DNA from: a virus
Virus record (IMG/VR): IMGVR_UViG_3300005731_000013
Coordinates: 32,001 to 96,000 of that record
Strand: one strand, 5' to 3'
Length of the DNA: 64,000 nucleotides
A program made the translations under genes and the position numbers. Positions within the stretch are counted from its first letter, which is position 1. Each line of letters opens with the position of its first letter. The notes below the pieces were generated by a model, which was not told the origin of the DNA, searched no databases, and worked only from the letters and a program-made list of their open reading frames with translations. Positions 1-10,045 of the stretch are shown piece after piece.

Positions 1-492
1 ATACAATCCCAACGGACTAGCACTTGACACTTTTTCAATGCCAAGCTTGGCATCAATGTTGGTAACACCTTCATGCAATTCCATTTTGGCCATCACGTCC
101 ATGGATTCAATGATTGTCTCAACACCAAAACTTTTCCCAACGCCTGGAGGACCTGTTACAATAATTGCATTAACATTGCCTTCAATCGCTGCCAAAGTCA
201 TTGCATCCAAAACTTGAAATTTTTGACGCAGACGTTGCATGATCTCTTTATCAGTTTCAACAACTTCATCCGCAACCATTGGCTCTTGTGGTTCTTGCAA
301 ATTATCAGTTGGAACAACATGATTTTCATTTTCAATAAGAACACGAATGTTACGTTTTTGGCCTAGAGGGCCGCCATCTACAGTTACATACAACCCCTTC
401 TTTCCCTTGCGGGGAGTAAGGTGCATATTGAATTTTTGATGTTCAATTGTTTTGGAACCATATGTTCCTTTTTTGATAACAACTTCAGTCAT
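1..492 (-). CDS. P-loop ATPase (AAA-like), runs off the window edge
   Basis: Manual translation from ATG at 492 (SD GAGGA): MTEVVIKKG...IVTGPPGVGKSFGVE...SPLGLY. Walker A motif; open to position 1; absent from the ORF track. Confidence 0.8.
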   Translation of the reverse strand, partial: MTEVVIKKGTYGSKTIEHQKFNMHLTPRKGKKGLYVTVDGGPLGQKRNIRVLIENENHVVPTDNLQEPQEPMVADEVVETDKEIMQRLRQKFQVLDAMTLAAIEGNVNAIIVTGPPGVGKSFGVETIIESMDVMAKMELHEGVTNIDAKLGIEKVSSASPLGLY

Positions 493-573
493 ATTATCCT
501 CTGCGTTTAGATCATACTTTAGGTATATAATATAATAGGAGAGTTGTCAACCATTCAGATGGATTTAAATCAG

Positions 574-606
574 AATAAGTGCAAGGATTCCTTGCACTTA
601 TTTTTT
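574..606. terminator. Intrinsic terminator-like hairpin
   Basis: aataagtgcaagg-att-ccttgcacttatt inverted repeat followed by a T-run, at the end of the 605..1372 gene. Confidence 0.6.
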
Positions 607-1372
607 ACTCTTCGATTTTTACACGATTAAACATAGTTTCTTGACACTTGGAATATTCATTGACAGAATGTTTTTTCACCGTGCCTTTGATTTCAATGCT
701 TTTACCATCAATGTTTTTTGCAAGTGTTTCTTGATTATTGTTCAAGAAAAATCTTCCAATTTTATTATCTTGTGTCGTAAATGTTACAAGATGAACGCTA
801 TGACGGGGGATATATTTGACATCCAAAATATTGGCTGTCATATTCATGCGCTGCTTCAATTCACCAATATATCCATTCAATGGATTTTCGGCATAAAATC
901 TTTCGATAGCTTCACGTTTATGTGCAATGCGAAAACTATTCGGCAAGCTAGCAACCATTGCCATTTCCACATTGATATCTACATTGCCTGAATTAAAAAT
1001 ATGATACAGATCATCATTGTAGGTATTCATGGTGCCGTCTTTATGACGTTTAATCAATGAATCTGAAATTTTCTCCATCATCAACAATTGATCAAAGTAA
1101 TCATAAATTTCACGGGCCTTAATATGATCTTCATCAATAATTTCAATTGCAAAATCGTCCAGCAACGTATCTTGCTTTCCATTCATGTGACGAATTTTAT
1201 GAAGAATAATTGTCCGGTTATCATGAATATGGGTTTGGCTTTCAATATCATATGACTTTTGTTTGCTAGTCACAAAGCCTTGTTTACGATCAACTGCGAC
1301 GGCCAATTGCAACACTTCCATAATAGGATATTGCTCGTTGGCACGTTTGCGTTTATTGTAGGTATAATACAT
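605..1372 (-). CDS. Hypothetical protein, possible C-terminal OB-fold
   Basis: 255-aa ORF; C-terminal GYIGELKQR...IKGTVKKH...ETMFNRVK resembles phage OB-fold domains. Confidence 0.55.
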   Translation of the reverse strand: MYYTYNKRKRANEQYPIMEVLQLAVAVDRKQGFVTSKQKSYDIESQTHIHDNRTIILHKIRHMNGKQDTLLDDFAIEIIDEDHIKAREIYDYFDQLLMMEKISDSLIKRHKDGTMNTYNDDLYHIFNSGNVDINVEMAMVASLPNSFRIAHKREAIERFYAENPLNGYIGELKQRMNMTANILDVKYIPRHSVHLVTFTTQDNKIGRFFLNNNQETLAKNIDGKSIEIKGTVKKHSVNEYSKCQETMFNRVKIEE

Positions 1373-1659
1373 TATACAATCTCCAGCAACGATGCATCAA
1401 CATTCCATACACCTGTTGGGGTTTTCACTTTAATTTTCTTCGGGTTTACTTTTTGTACTGTGCCAGTAATGACACCGCCGCGACGGGGGCCAACATCAAA
1501 TTTAACTTTTTGGCCAAGAACAAAACTCATTGTTGCTTGGCGGGAAACACAATCACTTTGTGTTTTGATCATTTTGAATGCTAGATCCAAATCTTCACGA
1601 GTTGTACAAGTTGCAATTGCTTCACTCAGTTTACGAATTTGTGCATTTGTAAGGGCCAT
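1372..1659 (-). CDS. Small hypothetical protein (SH3/KOW-like barrel)
   Basis: 95 aa, GQKVKF...TGTVQKVNPKKIKV...WNV; preceded by TTGACA-N17-TATGTT. Confidence 0.6.
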   Translation of the reverse strand: MALTNAQIRKLSEAIATCTTREDLDLAFKMIKTQSDCVSRQATMSFVLGQKVKFDVGPRRGGVITGTVQKVNPKKIKVKTPTGVWNVDASLLEIV

Positions 1660-1726
1660 GTATCACCTATTTTGTCTAATTTACTAATTCAACATACATT
1701 GAATATTCTGTGTTGTCAACTGGTTT

Positions 1727-1840
1727 TTAGCCAACCAGGTTATATTCTGGACGCCAATGTGCGCCGCGCTTCAGGGCATACAGATAACCTACTGCGACAG
1801 GCATGGCGGCAGAAGCGAGAATTACGAGTGCATACGACAT
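1727..1840 (-). CDS. Small membrane peptide (37 aa)
   Basis: Manual translation MSYALVILASAAMPVAVGYLYALKRGAHWRPEYNLVG*; SD AAGGA; fills the gap in the operon. Confidence 0.6.
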   Translation of the reverse strand: MSYALVILASAAMPVAVGYLYALKRGAHWRPEYNLVG

Positions 1841-1855
1841 TTGATTTCCTTTCAG

Positions 1856-2149
1856 TTAGTCGTTAATCAACAAAAGTGTTAGGTCGGAATGTTCAGCGCT
1901 CAAGCTACGGTAGCGAGCACCAAAAATTTCACCTTCAGCATCTACGTCATATTTGACAAACTTGAAGGTGACAAGGTTTCCGTTGTCATAGTTTTTGATC
2001 ATGATGGACGACGGAAAGCCAGCAAACGAACCGTAAAATCCTAAGCTTGACAGCTCTGCGGAAAGCAGGCGCTGATCTTGGGTGTAGGTGAAAAATTCGA
2101 GATCATGATGAACATGCAACGGATTCCAGTTACGTTCTGCAATAGCCAT
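1856..2149 (-). CDS. Hypothetical early protein
   Basis: ORF track 1856..2167; likely start MAIAE at 2149, right after the upstream stop. Confidence 0.6.
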   Translation of the reverse strand: MAIAERNWNPLHVHHDLEFFTYTQDQRLLSAELSSLGFYGSFAGFPSSIMIKNYDNGNLVTFKFVKYDVDAEGEIFGARYRSLSAEHSDLTLLLIND

Positions 2150-2150
2150 A

Positions 2151-2318
2151 TTATACTTCCACCACACGAAGATCGGAAAATTTTGCAGCTAGTTCTTCTG
2201 CACTAGCTTCACATTGTGCTTTGGAACCAACCATGACTTCAACACGATCAGAGCCACCGTTGAACTGCGGGAACATAGTTTCTCGTGTCAATTTGTGTGT
2301 TACAGCATATTTAGGCAT
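2151..2318 (-). CDS. Small hypothetical protein (55 aa)
   Basis: Manual translation MPKYAVTHKLTRE...DLRVVEV*; SD AAGGAG; directly behind an early promoter. Confidence 0.7.
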   Translation of the reverse strand: MPKYAVTHKLTRETMFPQFNGGSDRVEVMVGSKAQCEASAEELAAKFSDLRVVEV

Positions 2319-2330
2319 TTATATCTCCTT

Positions 2331-2372
2331 TGCTTACAATACCAATATAAGCAAAAGGCATTGGTAAGTCAA
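2331..2372 (-). promoter_or_regulatory. Early sigma70-type promoter, conserved phage motif
   Basis: TTGACT-N17-TATATT-GGTATTGTAAGCA; near-copies at 26365, 27177, 60000 and 17640. Confidence 0.75.
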
Positions 2373-2373
2373 C

Positions 2374-2402
2374 AAAAAAGGTGGGATTAACCCACCTTTT
2401 TC
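2374..2402. terminator. Bidirectional intrinsic terminator
   Basis: aaaaaaggtggg-attaa-cccaccttttt, downstream of uvsY. Confidence 0.8.
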
Positions 2403-2463
2403 TTCTTACAACTCAATATGTTACATTTTTTTTAGAAAATCATTAAACCCGCATTGGCCAGCG

Positions 2464-2925
2464 TTAATCTAGTGAAATATCTTCCATGCCCGCTGTTCGT
2501 AGTTTGGTAATATTATTAATTTGAAATTGTTTTGCATCCAATCCTTTCATTAATGCCAAATAACGATTACGAATCAAAGCGAACTCATTTACAATATGTT
2601 CCATATCGATATATTCTTGTTCGCCTTCAGCAAATTTTTCAGCGTCACGACTACTTAATGTTCTGTTGTAATGTTCTAAATATTTTCGATAATGTTTACG
2701 TAAAATTGTTCGTAATTCAATATTCAAATGTTCCAAAATTGCATCAACTTCTTGAAGCTGAGAGAAACGGTGTTCTACAATTCCTGGAATGTCTCTACTG
2801 ATGCGCTCTAAATGTCCATGAATGAATGTTTCATTGCGGGCAGCATTTAATTCATTATCATAATAAATGATAGCATCAACAACATTTGCCGTATTTGCTT
2901 TAACTTTATTATACCAACCGGCCAT
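2464..2925 (-). CDS. uvsY: Recombination mediator UvsY
   Basis: C-terminal LDAKQFQINNITKLRTAGMEDISL typical of UvsY; near uvsX; likely start MAGWY. Confidence 0.8.
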   Translation of the reverse strand: MAGWYNKVKANTANVVDAIIYYDNELNAARNETFIHGHLERISRDIPGIVEHRFSQLQEVDAILEHLNIELRTILRKHYRKYLEHYNRTLSSRDAEKFAEGEQEYIDMEHIVNEFALIRNRYLALMKGLDAKQFQINNITKLRTAGMEDISLD

Positions 2926-2991
2926 CTTTAATCCTTGTTTGTTAAATGTCAATTTCTTCAATAGATGGCTGGCACCTATTGAAGAAATATA

Positions 2992-3246
2992 TTAATCCCA
3001 TTCATTGAATGATGACTCTGTATCGTCTAAGAGATTTTCCTGACAATATGCCTTTAATGCCTTATCGAATACATCACAAATTCCATAAAGTTCATAACTT
3101 ACAATAGATAAATCTACCAATCCAGAGTCATCAACCATAGCAAGAAATTGTTCTGCTGCTGGTCGCCTATCTTTGGCAGGCACATAATTTTTAATGCCTG
3201 CCCAAATTTCAACTAATGCAGTTGCGTCAGTTGCATGTAATGTCAT
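2992..3246 (-). CDS. Hypothetical protein
   Basis: 84-aa ORF between uvsX and uvsY, SD GAGG. Confidence 0.7.
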   Translation of the reverse strand: MTLHATDATALVEIWAGIKNYVPAKDRRPAAEQFLAMVDDSGLVDLSIVSYELYGICDVFDKALKAYCQENLLDDTESSFNEWD

Positions 3247-3259
3247 ATTTTACCTCGTA

Positions 3260-4372
3260 TTATTCTTCAGAAGAATCGTCTTCAAGGCTATTTAGTTCCT
3301 CGTCTGATCCAATTGGTTGACCTAATTTTTCTAGAACATCATAATTATCAAATTCGTTCATAATTAGATCTAGACAGCCATTGGCATTGCCTTCCCAATA
3401 TTTGCGGAATTCTTTAATTATTTCGCCAGTCTCCCAGCTAGTATATTCAAGTTTGTTGCCAACTTTAGTCAAGACTCCAATAGCTTCAAAATATTCAACC
3501 AAACCACTATATGGGTTCATACCTGAGTCCCAAGGAATTTTAATTTGTACAGATTCAAATGGTTTGCTATAACGGGTTTTCATTACCTTACATGCTGCAC
3601 GAATACCATGCACTTGTGAAGTCTTATTGCCATCTGCATCTTCTTTTAGTTTAAGCTTTTTAATAGCAACCACAATACTTGATGCATATACCATACCTGA
3701 TCCGCCAGAAATTTTATCATCTGGATCAAACATATCTTGACTTGCATATGTGTGGTTAGTTGCCACCAAACCAATGTTTAAATCACCAAACATATTGACA
3801 CAATTTGTGACTAAAGCTTTAAGTTGTTTTGCTTTACGTCCCATGTCACCTTTCATATCACCCTTTTCAAATTGAGCGATTTCTGTAGGACTCATAAGCA
3901 TACCTAGCGAATCAACAACAAATAAAACTTTTGGACGATTTTCTTCATCTTCACTTCCATATTCAGTTCGATAATTTTTAACAAAATCGTTAACAACTTT
4001 AGCAACATCATCAATCATTGCCATATTGAGTTTTAACAATTTTTCTTCATCAGTGTCTACTCCAAGGGCATGAAGCCATGATTCATCCAACGCATTTTCA
4101 CTATCGATCAACACAACATAAATGCCTTGTTCTTGCGCATTACGGACCAGGTTTCCTGACGCAATAAATGATTTCCCAGCACCACTTTCGCCAGCAAACA
4201 TTGTTACTTTTCCTAATGGCACACCTTTATCAAACTCACCTGATATCAGTTTATTCAATGTGTAATTACCTGTTGACACCCAAGTATCAGGATCACGAAA
4301 TCCGACAGATAACCCATTTACACTTTTTGTAATCGACTTGCGAAATTTTGAAACATCAAAAGCACGACTCAT
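3260..4372 (-). CDS. uvsX: RecA-like recombinase UvsX
   Basis: Walker A AGESGAGKS, IDSENALD, VVDSLG, DMGRKAK, ISGG motifs. Confidence 0.95.
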   Translation of the reverse strand: MSRAFDVSKFRKSITKSVNGLSVGFRDPDTWVSTGNYTLNKLISGEFDKGVPLGKVTMFAGESGAGKSFIASGNLVRNAQEQGIYVVLIDSENALDESWLHALGVDTDEEKLLKLNMAMIDDVAKVVNDFVKNYRTEYGSEDEENRPKVLFVVDSLGMLMSPTEIAQFEKGDMKGDMGRKAKQLKALVTNCVNMFGDLNIGLVATNHTYASQDMFDPDDKISGGSGMVYASSIVVAIKKLKLKEDADGNKTSQVHGIRAACKVMKTRYSKPFESVQIKIPWDSGMNPYSGLVEYFEAIGVLTKVGNKLEYTSWETGEIIKEFRKYWEGNANGCLDLIMNEFDNYDVLEKLGQPIGSDEELNSLEDDSSEE

Positions 4373-4476
4373 ATTATTTTCCTTTATGTAAATATGGGCA
4401 TTATATTCAATTGATCAATTTTCATCAGAAAACATCAAGAATATTCCCAATCATTTTAATATATCCTATTAAAATG

Positions 4477-4501
4477 ATCACAGGGCCTAAGGCCCTGTGA
4501 T
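4477..4501 (-). terminator. Hairpin/terminator after gp32
   Basis: atcacagggcc-taa-ggccctgtgat. Confidence 0.6.
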
Positions 4502-4520
4502 ATATTATTGTGTGTTTTTA

Positions 4521-5486
4521 TCAGCTATTTTTACTGCGCTGTTGGATTTTTGCTAGAATATCCTTAGCGTCAGTAACTGGACGTGAATTTTGTGTTTCAC
4601 TTGCGTCTGGCTGATTGACAGGCGCAGTAGGTGTGATTGGCGCTTCAGCTTTTGGTGTTACATTAGCTGCACGATCACTTGAGTCTTTCTTCGGTGCTTC
4701 CATACCGTATGGACGATAATAATCTGCAAACCGTTCTGGATCATATAACTCACCATCTACGCTTGCTTCAAACATATTGAAGATAACTTGCAATTCTTCA
4801 GCATTTGGCTTTTTAGGTAAGAAATCATTCAAATCATACAGCCCATGCGTTGCAATAATGTCACGTTCTTCTTGATTCAACGAGCGTTCTTTACGAGCCC
4901 AATTACTTGTTGTATAATCCGCATATTGACCTTTTTTGGTTTTGGTAATACGGAAATCAACACCTTGATCATAATCTGTTGGCAAATATTCACCAAAATC
5001 TGGATCCATCAATGCACTTTTAATGATGTTATTAATTTGTGTATTGATGATCAAACGACGAATTGGATTCTCTGGTGTTTCTTCTTCAGTAAATGCACTG
5101 TTTACAACTAATGCCTGATAAATGAAGCTACGCTTTTTCCAATATTTACGAGCCATGTCTTCCATGCTCGGATCCTTGAACCAAGGACGAATTTCGTCAT
5201 GAATAGGGCATTTCATACCATCCCACATTTCTACACATGGAACCTTAATAGTAACAGGTTTATTTTCGTCACCACCTTTAATCCCACTAAATGTGATATT
5301 AATCATTTGACGCTCACGCCAAAAGAAATCATTGTTCGTATTACCGTCTGGTAGGAAACGAACTACAGATGTTTCATTTTCAGGAGTATTCCAATGTGGG
5401 TAAATTGCGTTATCTGAACTGCCTTTTACGCCTTTTTGCTTCTCTTGTGCTAGAAGCTTTTCTCTAATTTCAGCTAGTGTTGCCAT
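4521..5486 (-). CDS. gp32: Single-stranded DNA-binding protein gp32
   Basis: VVRFLPD, CPI, KYWKKRS, GVDFRITK...YADYTTSNW motifs; adjacent to uvsX. Confidence 0.9.
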   Translation of the reverse strand: MATLAEIREKLLAQEKQKGVKGSSDNAIYPHWNTPENETSVVRFLPDGNTNNDFFWRERQMINITFSGIKGGDENKPVTIKVPCVEMWDGMKCPIHDEIRPWFKDPSMEDMARKYWKKRSFIYQALVVNSAFTEEETPENPIRRLIINTQINNIIKSALMDPDFGEYLPTDYDQGVDFRITKTKKGQYADYTTSNWARKERSLNQEERDIIATHGLYDLNDFLPKKPNAEELQVIFNMFEASVDGELYDPERFADYYRPYGMEAPKKDSSDRAANVTPKAEAPITPTAPVNQPDASETQNSRPVTDAKDILAKIQQRSKNS

Positions 5487-5608
5487 TTTTATTTTTCCTA
5501 TGTTAGTAACCGGTTATCCGGCTCATGTTGGTTGTTAGACAAGCATGTTATCTATTGTAACATCTTGAATTTACAGTATTTTTCGGCGTCTGTCAAGTAA
5601 GTTCTTGA

Positions 5609-7204
5609 TTATACGCCGAAAATTTTCTGTACGTTATATTTATCGAATGCCTCAGTAATTTTCTCCATTTCTTCAAGATCAATAGCATTTTTTTCACTAC
5701 CAATCGTGTTTACTTCTGAAACGATTGCTTTTTGCCCTATCACATTCAATGCTGTTAGTGCTATTTTAATATGTGCATTGCCTACTTCAAATACAGTATC
5801 TGACAATTGCATCATTTTATTTGCTAGCTCGTCATCTTTAATTTTTGGAGCAAGGTATGTTACCATTGCTGAAATCTTAGCCGCAGGATCTTTGAACTGT
5901 CGATTTGCAGGATTTTCAGGATCATCATCATCAATTGACGAACTAATTGTAATGTTATCACCCATATTCATCACAAGCTTTGCAAAGTCCATAATTTCTT
6001 TTTCTTTCTCTTTACGAGTGCGAAAACCTTCAATTATCTTAGCCACATATGGCAGACTATCTGCAATGCTTTCATCAAAATATCTGATTGTGACATTATC
6101 TTTTAATTCATCTAATTTTTCAGGTGCAACATTATGCTGTTCTTTAGTAAAGTTTTCATAATGATGGTTATATCCTTTTGGGCCTGACATTTGCTTCAAA
6201 TTCTTACGAATTGACTCAATGCGCAATCCAATCTCTTCAGTAATAGCAACATCTTCAAAAAAGTTATTGCGTTTGTTTTTACGATTAAATTTCTTAAGGT
6301 GATCTAATTCAGCCATGCATTCATATATGTGCTGCCCAAAATCGTCATGTGGCGCGCCGCCTTCTTGAACATGGCGCAACATTGCTTTCGCTGCGGTCAA
6401 ATTCTTGCTTGGAAATTTAAAACGTTCGCCTTCTGCATTCTCAACAAAAATGCTTTCAATTTGGCGTGTTCTTGCCCCGCGTTTTGTTTCATCAACTGAA
6501 CGCTTATGTCTGACAACCAAACGAGCATCTCCTAGTTCATTCATGCTTTTACGAGCAGAACCATGCCATCCACTGAAGCCTTCTTTTAAGGCTGCTCTAG
6601 CTTGGGTATATCCTGGAAACTTTTTTGAAGGATATTTTGCTGCCCATTTTCTTTTTAATTGACGTTGCATAATGTATTCAGAGTCTGATTGGGCAATATC
6701 ATTTGATCTGGCAGATTTTGACATACCTTGACCTAGCACACGCCCAGAATTTGAGTTGTCTGTCTCTGTTTCTTCTAGTTTTCCATAATCACCGCCGCAT
6801 TGCGGGCATTCATCTACATTTTTAGTTGCATCACAAAATTCACATTGTTCATTCATTTCCGATTCCTTGACTGTTCTGGCTTGATATGCAAAATCCTTAG
6901 GTGAAATTGATTTACCATATGTCTTGACAGTAAACTCAACAATGTACCTATTTGCTAAATTTCGCAAACTTGTAATTAATGGTTTAATTTCATCAATCAC
7001 TACATCTTTTGATAAATTGATGATAATTTCTGATTTCGAATCACTGACTTCGAAATTAATCATCACCTTTATGTCTTTTATATAAAATCGTCGAGCCTGT
7101 TCAGGGTCAACTGTTTTTTTGCCGTCCTCCGTAAAAAGAACGATATTATGACCGAATCCTTTGACGATCTTAAAAATTTGTTCTGCAATTTGTTCTGTAG
7201 CCAT
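5609..7204 (-). CDS. Conserved late/virion protein of unknown function
   Basis: 531-aa ORF behind a late promoter; internal CxxC-x7-CxxC segment. Confidence 0.6.
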   Translation of the reverse strand: MATEQIAEQIFKIVKGFGHNIVLFTEDGKKTVDPEQARRFYIKDIKVMINFEVSDSKSEIIINLSKDVVIDEIKPLITSLRNLANRYIVEFTVKTYGKSISPKDFAYQARTVKESEMNEQCEFCDATKNVDECPQCGGDYGKLEETETDNSNSGRVLGQGMSKSARSNDIAQSDSEYIMQRQLKRKWAAKYPSKKFPGYTQARAALKEGFSGWHGSARKSMNELGDARLVVRHKRSVDETKRGARTRQIESIFVENAEGERFKFPSKNLTAAKAMLRHVQEGGAPHDDFGQHIYECMAELDHLKKFNRKNKRNNFFEDVAITEEIGLRIESIRKNLKQMSGPKGYNHHYENFTKEQHNVAPEKLDELKDNVTIRYFDESIADSLPYVAKIIEGFRTRKEKEKEIMDFAKLVMNMGDNITISSSIDDDDPENPANRQFKDPAAKISAMVTYLAPKIKDDELANKMMQLSDTVFEVGNAHIKIALTALNVIGQKAIVSEVNTIGSEKNAIDLEEMEKITEAFDKYNVQKIFGV

Positions 7205-7209
7205 GTTAA

Positions 7210-7216
7210 TATTTAT
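7210..7216 (-). promoter_or_regulatory. T4-type late promoter (ATAAATA) 5 nt upstream of ATG
   Basis: Matches the core of the gp55-dependent TATAAATA consensus; same geometry at four other genes. Confidence 0.65.
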
Positions 7217-7369
7217 CCGGATCTCTTATTTCAATGTCTTAATTTTCTTGTTTTAACATATGACAGGTTAAATGTTTCTGTCCTAATTTGCCATGAGAGC
7301 TGCTATGTAACTCTTTACCAGGCATTGACTTTAATTGGAGTTTTGACTCAATTAAATTACGATAATGCA

Positions 7370-8458
7370 TCACAAAACTCCAATTGGCATAGGACGACGA
7401 AGATCACTATCATCAAAACTATCTTTCAAATCATCAAATGCTTCTGGATCGTATTTTGCAACTTGCATCGCCATTCTAACAGCCAACAATGTTGACATAA
7501 CCAAATCATCTGTTTCGCCTTCTTTTGCTGCATAGCTATTGCCTTTTGCAACAAATGTTTTAAGTTCACGAGTTAAATTCTTACTACGGATTTTCATGGT
7601 ATCTTCTTCAACCCATCGCTTTAACTTTGCACATGCAGCTAGTTTTGAAGAATGTGTTGTGTTGAATCCTTTACGGTAACGTTTAACATTACCCCGCCGT
7701 TTCGGCTCGCTTAAGAACACACCTGGAATGTTTTCTTCGCCCATCTCCTCAATAGAGACTAGTGCTGCCTCGCCTAACGTATTGTTTTCAACTGAATAAT
7801 AGATTTCACTATTGGGTGCTGACTCTTCTAACTCTTCTAAAATGCCACGCATGATTTTAATTTGACTTTGCACTGTTGTTTTGTTATGCTGCCATTCACC
7901 AATTTGTTTCATCCCAGGGATTGCATAAATTTGAATGGCAGATGGGTCGCCACCTGTACCTAAACTAGGGTCAAGTGACACGATGTAAGTCTGTCCATCT
8001 TTGATTGTGTCATACCAACGCACCTGTCCTGAACGACGCATTGGTTCCATACCTAAATCCATATCAGTCAGGAATAAGGCGCTAATAAGTGTTTCATCAA
8101 ACGCAATAAATTCGCAGTTTGAAACTAAAATATCATTGCCATAAAATCTATTTCCGCCGTCAACACCAATTAAGTCATATACTGCTTCGATTCGACCAGT
8201 ATATTTTGCTGCTGTCACTATTAATGGATCACCCAAAGCTGATACTTTATCACCAACTTTAAATAAATCAGCGGATCGTTTGTTCCCGTCAACATCATAA
8301 ATTTCATGATTATCAGTGCATTCAATAAATTGACCATTATCAAAATCAAGACGGTATATGGGCTTATCACCCATATATGATATTCCTTTGAAATGTTGAT
8401 AACCATTATGGGTTAAAATTTTTAACCCTTTTGTGTTTTCTTTAAAAATCTGAGTCAT
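7370..8458 (-). CDS. gp17: Terminase large subunit, C-terminal part: split-intein IntC (114 aa) fused to the nuclease domain
   Basis: MTQIFKENTKGLKILTHNG...ECTDNHEI...VYDLIGV...ILVSN then CEF; RNase H-like terminase motifs SLDPSLGTGGD, VENNTLG, DDLVMS. Confidence 0.9.
   Translation of the reverse strand: MTQIFKENTKGLKILTHNGYQHFKGISYMGDKPIYRLDFDNGQFIECTDNHEIYDVDGNKRSADLFKVGDKVSALGDPLIVTAAKYTGRIEAVYDLIGVDGGNRFYGNDILVSNCEFIAFDETLISALFLTDMDLGMEPMRRSGQVRWYDTIKDGQTYIVSLDPSLGTGGDPSAIQIYAIPGMKQIGEWQHNKTTVQSQIKIMRGILEELEESAPNSEIYYSVENNTLGEAALVSIEEMGEENIPGVFLSEPKRRGNVKRYRKGFNTTHSSKLAACAKLKRWVEEDTMKIRSKNLTRELKTFVAKGNSYAAKEGETDDLVMSTLLAVRMAMQVAKYDPEAFDDLKDSFDDSDLRRPMPIGVL
8117..8458 (-). mobile_element. 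Split intein, C-terminal fragment (IntC)
   Basis: Block B TxxH (CTDNH), block F VYDL, terminal Asn followed by Cys+1. Confidence 0.88.
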
Positions 8459-8466
8459 GCATATAT

Positions 8467-10029
8467 TTATGCATGCCATACCCATTTGATTTTTCCTGAA
8501 TCCCAGGTACGTAAAATGCCAGCATTGTTAGTCATTTGAAATTCTGTTAAATCATCTGAATAATATTCAGGCAATTTGTTTTTAATTCCTTTACGTGTGA
8601 AATAACTACAATGTCTCCATTTATTATCATACAAGTATCTATATGTTGGGCGTTGTTCTTCAATTTTTGTAAACCCTGTTTTTTCATATAAGTCACCAGT
8701 AAACCAATCATTCATTGAAAATGATACTACTTTATCGAATTTCAATTCGTTCTGTGCAAATTTAAAAGTTTTACTGAATAGACCTGGATGTGTATATTCA
8801 TCTGTCACCCACCGTTTTAATTCAAAATGTTGATTGCGTGACATACCAAATGACATTACACCTATTATTCGATGCATTGCATCAAATGCCGCAAAATGCG
8901 TTCCTGCTACATATCCTTGAAGGTGATATTTATTTAAAAAAAGTTTGGCAGCCTTACCTGAAATTTTATCAATTGTTGCTTTTCTAGCAGGGACGCCACG
9001 ATTCTTTAAATTCAATGAAGATTGGATCATTCTTTTGAATTTATCTTTATTATTATTCCAATCTGTCTCCCAAATCTGAATTAATCTTATTCCTTGATTG
9101 CGGGCTGAGTTCCATTTGTCTTGATGATATTTTTTATCTCTTTTTAAATCACTATGCCAATAATCGCCATTCATTTCAATTGCAAGATTATGACTTGGCA
9201 TGTAGAAATCCAATTCATAAGGAGGTATAATAGTTCTTATATTTTGATCAAATGTCACATTACAGTCATTCAAAAATGTTGCCATTTCCTGTTCTAAATA
9301 TGATGTTTTTAAAAATTCTGTTAAATTATGTTCGTGAATTTTTCGAATGATTGTAGATTTATTAACGCCAATTTCTTGAGCTAACTCACGGATAGATTTA
9401 GTTGTCAGTTCATGTTTTAGATTTGATTTATCTGATAAAATTAATTGGTATTTTGTCTCAATATGCTTATTATTGAAATGTGAATTTCCATATCTATCGT
9501 AATTAGTCTGAATTTTTTTATGCTGTATCGCTGCACTTAAAGATGGATTTTCAACACCATAGTTTTTTATTAAAGTCTCTGTTTTTCTTTGTTTTATAAT
9601 ATCACATTGTGACGGATTTTCAACACCATATTTGGACAAATTAGTTTGAAGTCTAATTTGTTGACCATGTTCAGTTTGTGAATGATATTTGACTCCAAAA
9701 TTTTGTAATGAGGTTTGCTCTTTTTTCAGCTTGACTTCAGAAGAATTATTACTGCATTTTGAACTACAATAACTTCTATAATTACCTCGTTCAGTCTGAT
9801 AGTGCGGGTTAACCACATTGTCCCATTTAACAGGTTGATTACAAGCAGAATTCATACAAGTCAACACACTATTATGTCCAGACATCAAATGCCAAACAAT
9901 TTGTTTGGGTGTAGCATTTATCTGTATTTCTTCATCTAATACTGATAGATCGTATGATTTTAATAATGAACGAGCAATCCTTTTTTGAGCATATAACTTT
10001 TGTAATTCAGACTGATTCATAATAATCAT
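8467..10029 (-). mobile_element. Free-standing Hef/Vsr-like (DUF559-type) endonuclease with C-terminal GNAT-like domain, copy 1 (inside terL)
   Basis: Zn finger (CMNSAC...YCSSKC), YGVENP repeats, HTH, ELDFYMP..LAIEMNGDYWHS, ELKRW...WDSGK. Confidence 0.85.
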
Positions 10030-10045
10030 ATTACTATCATTTTAG

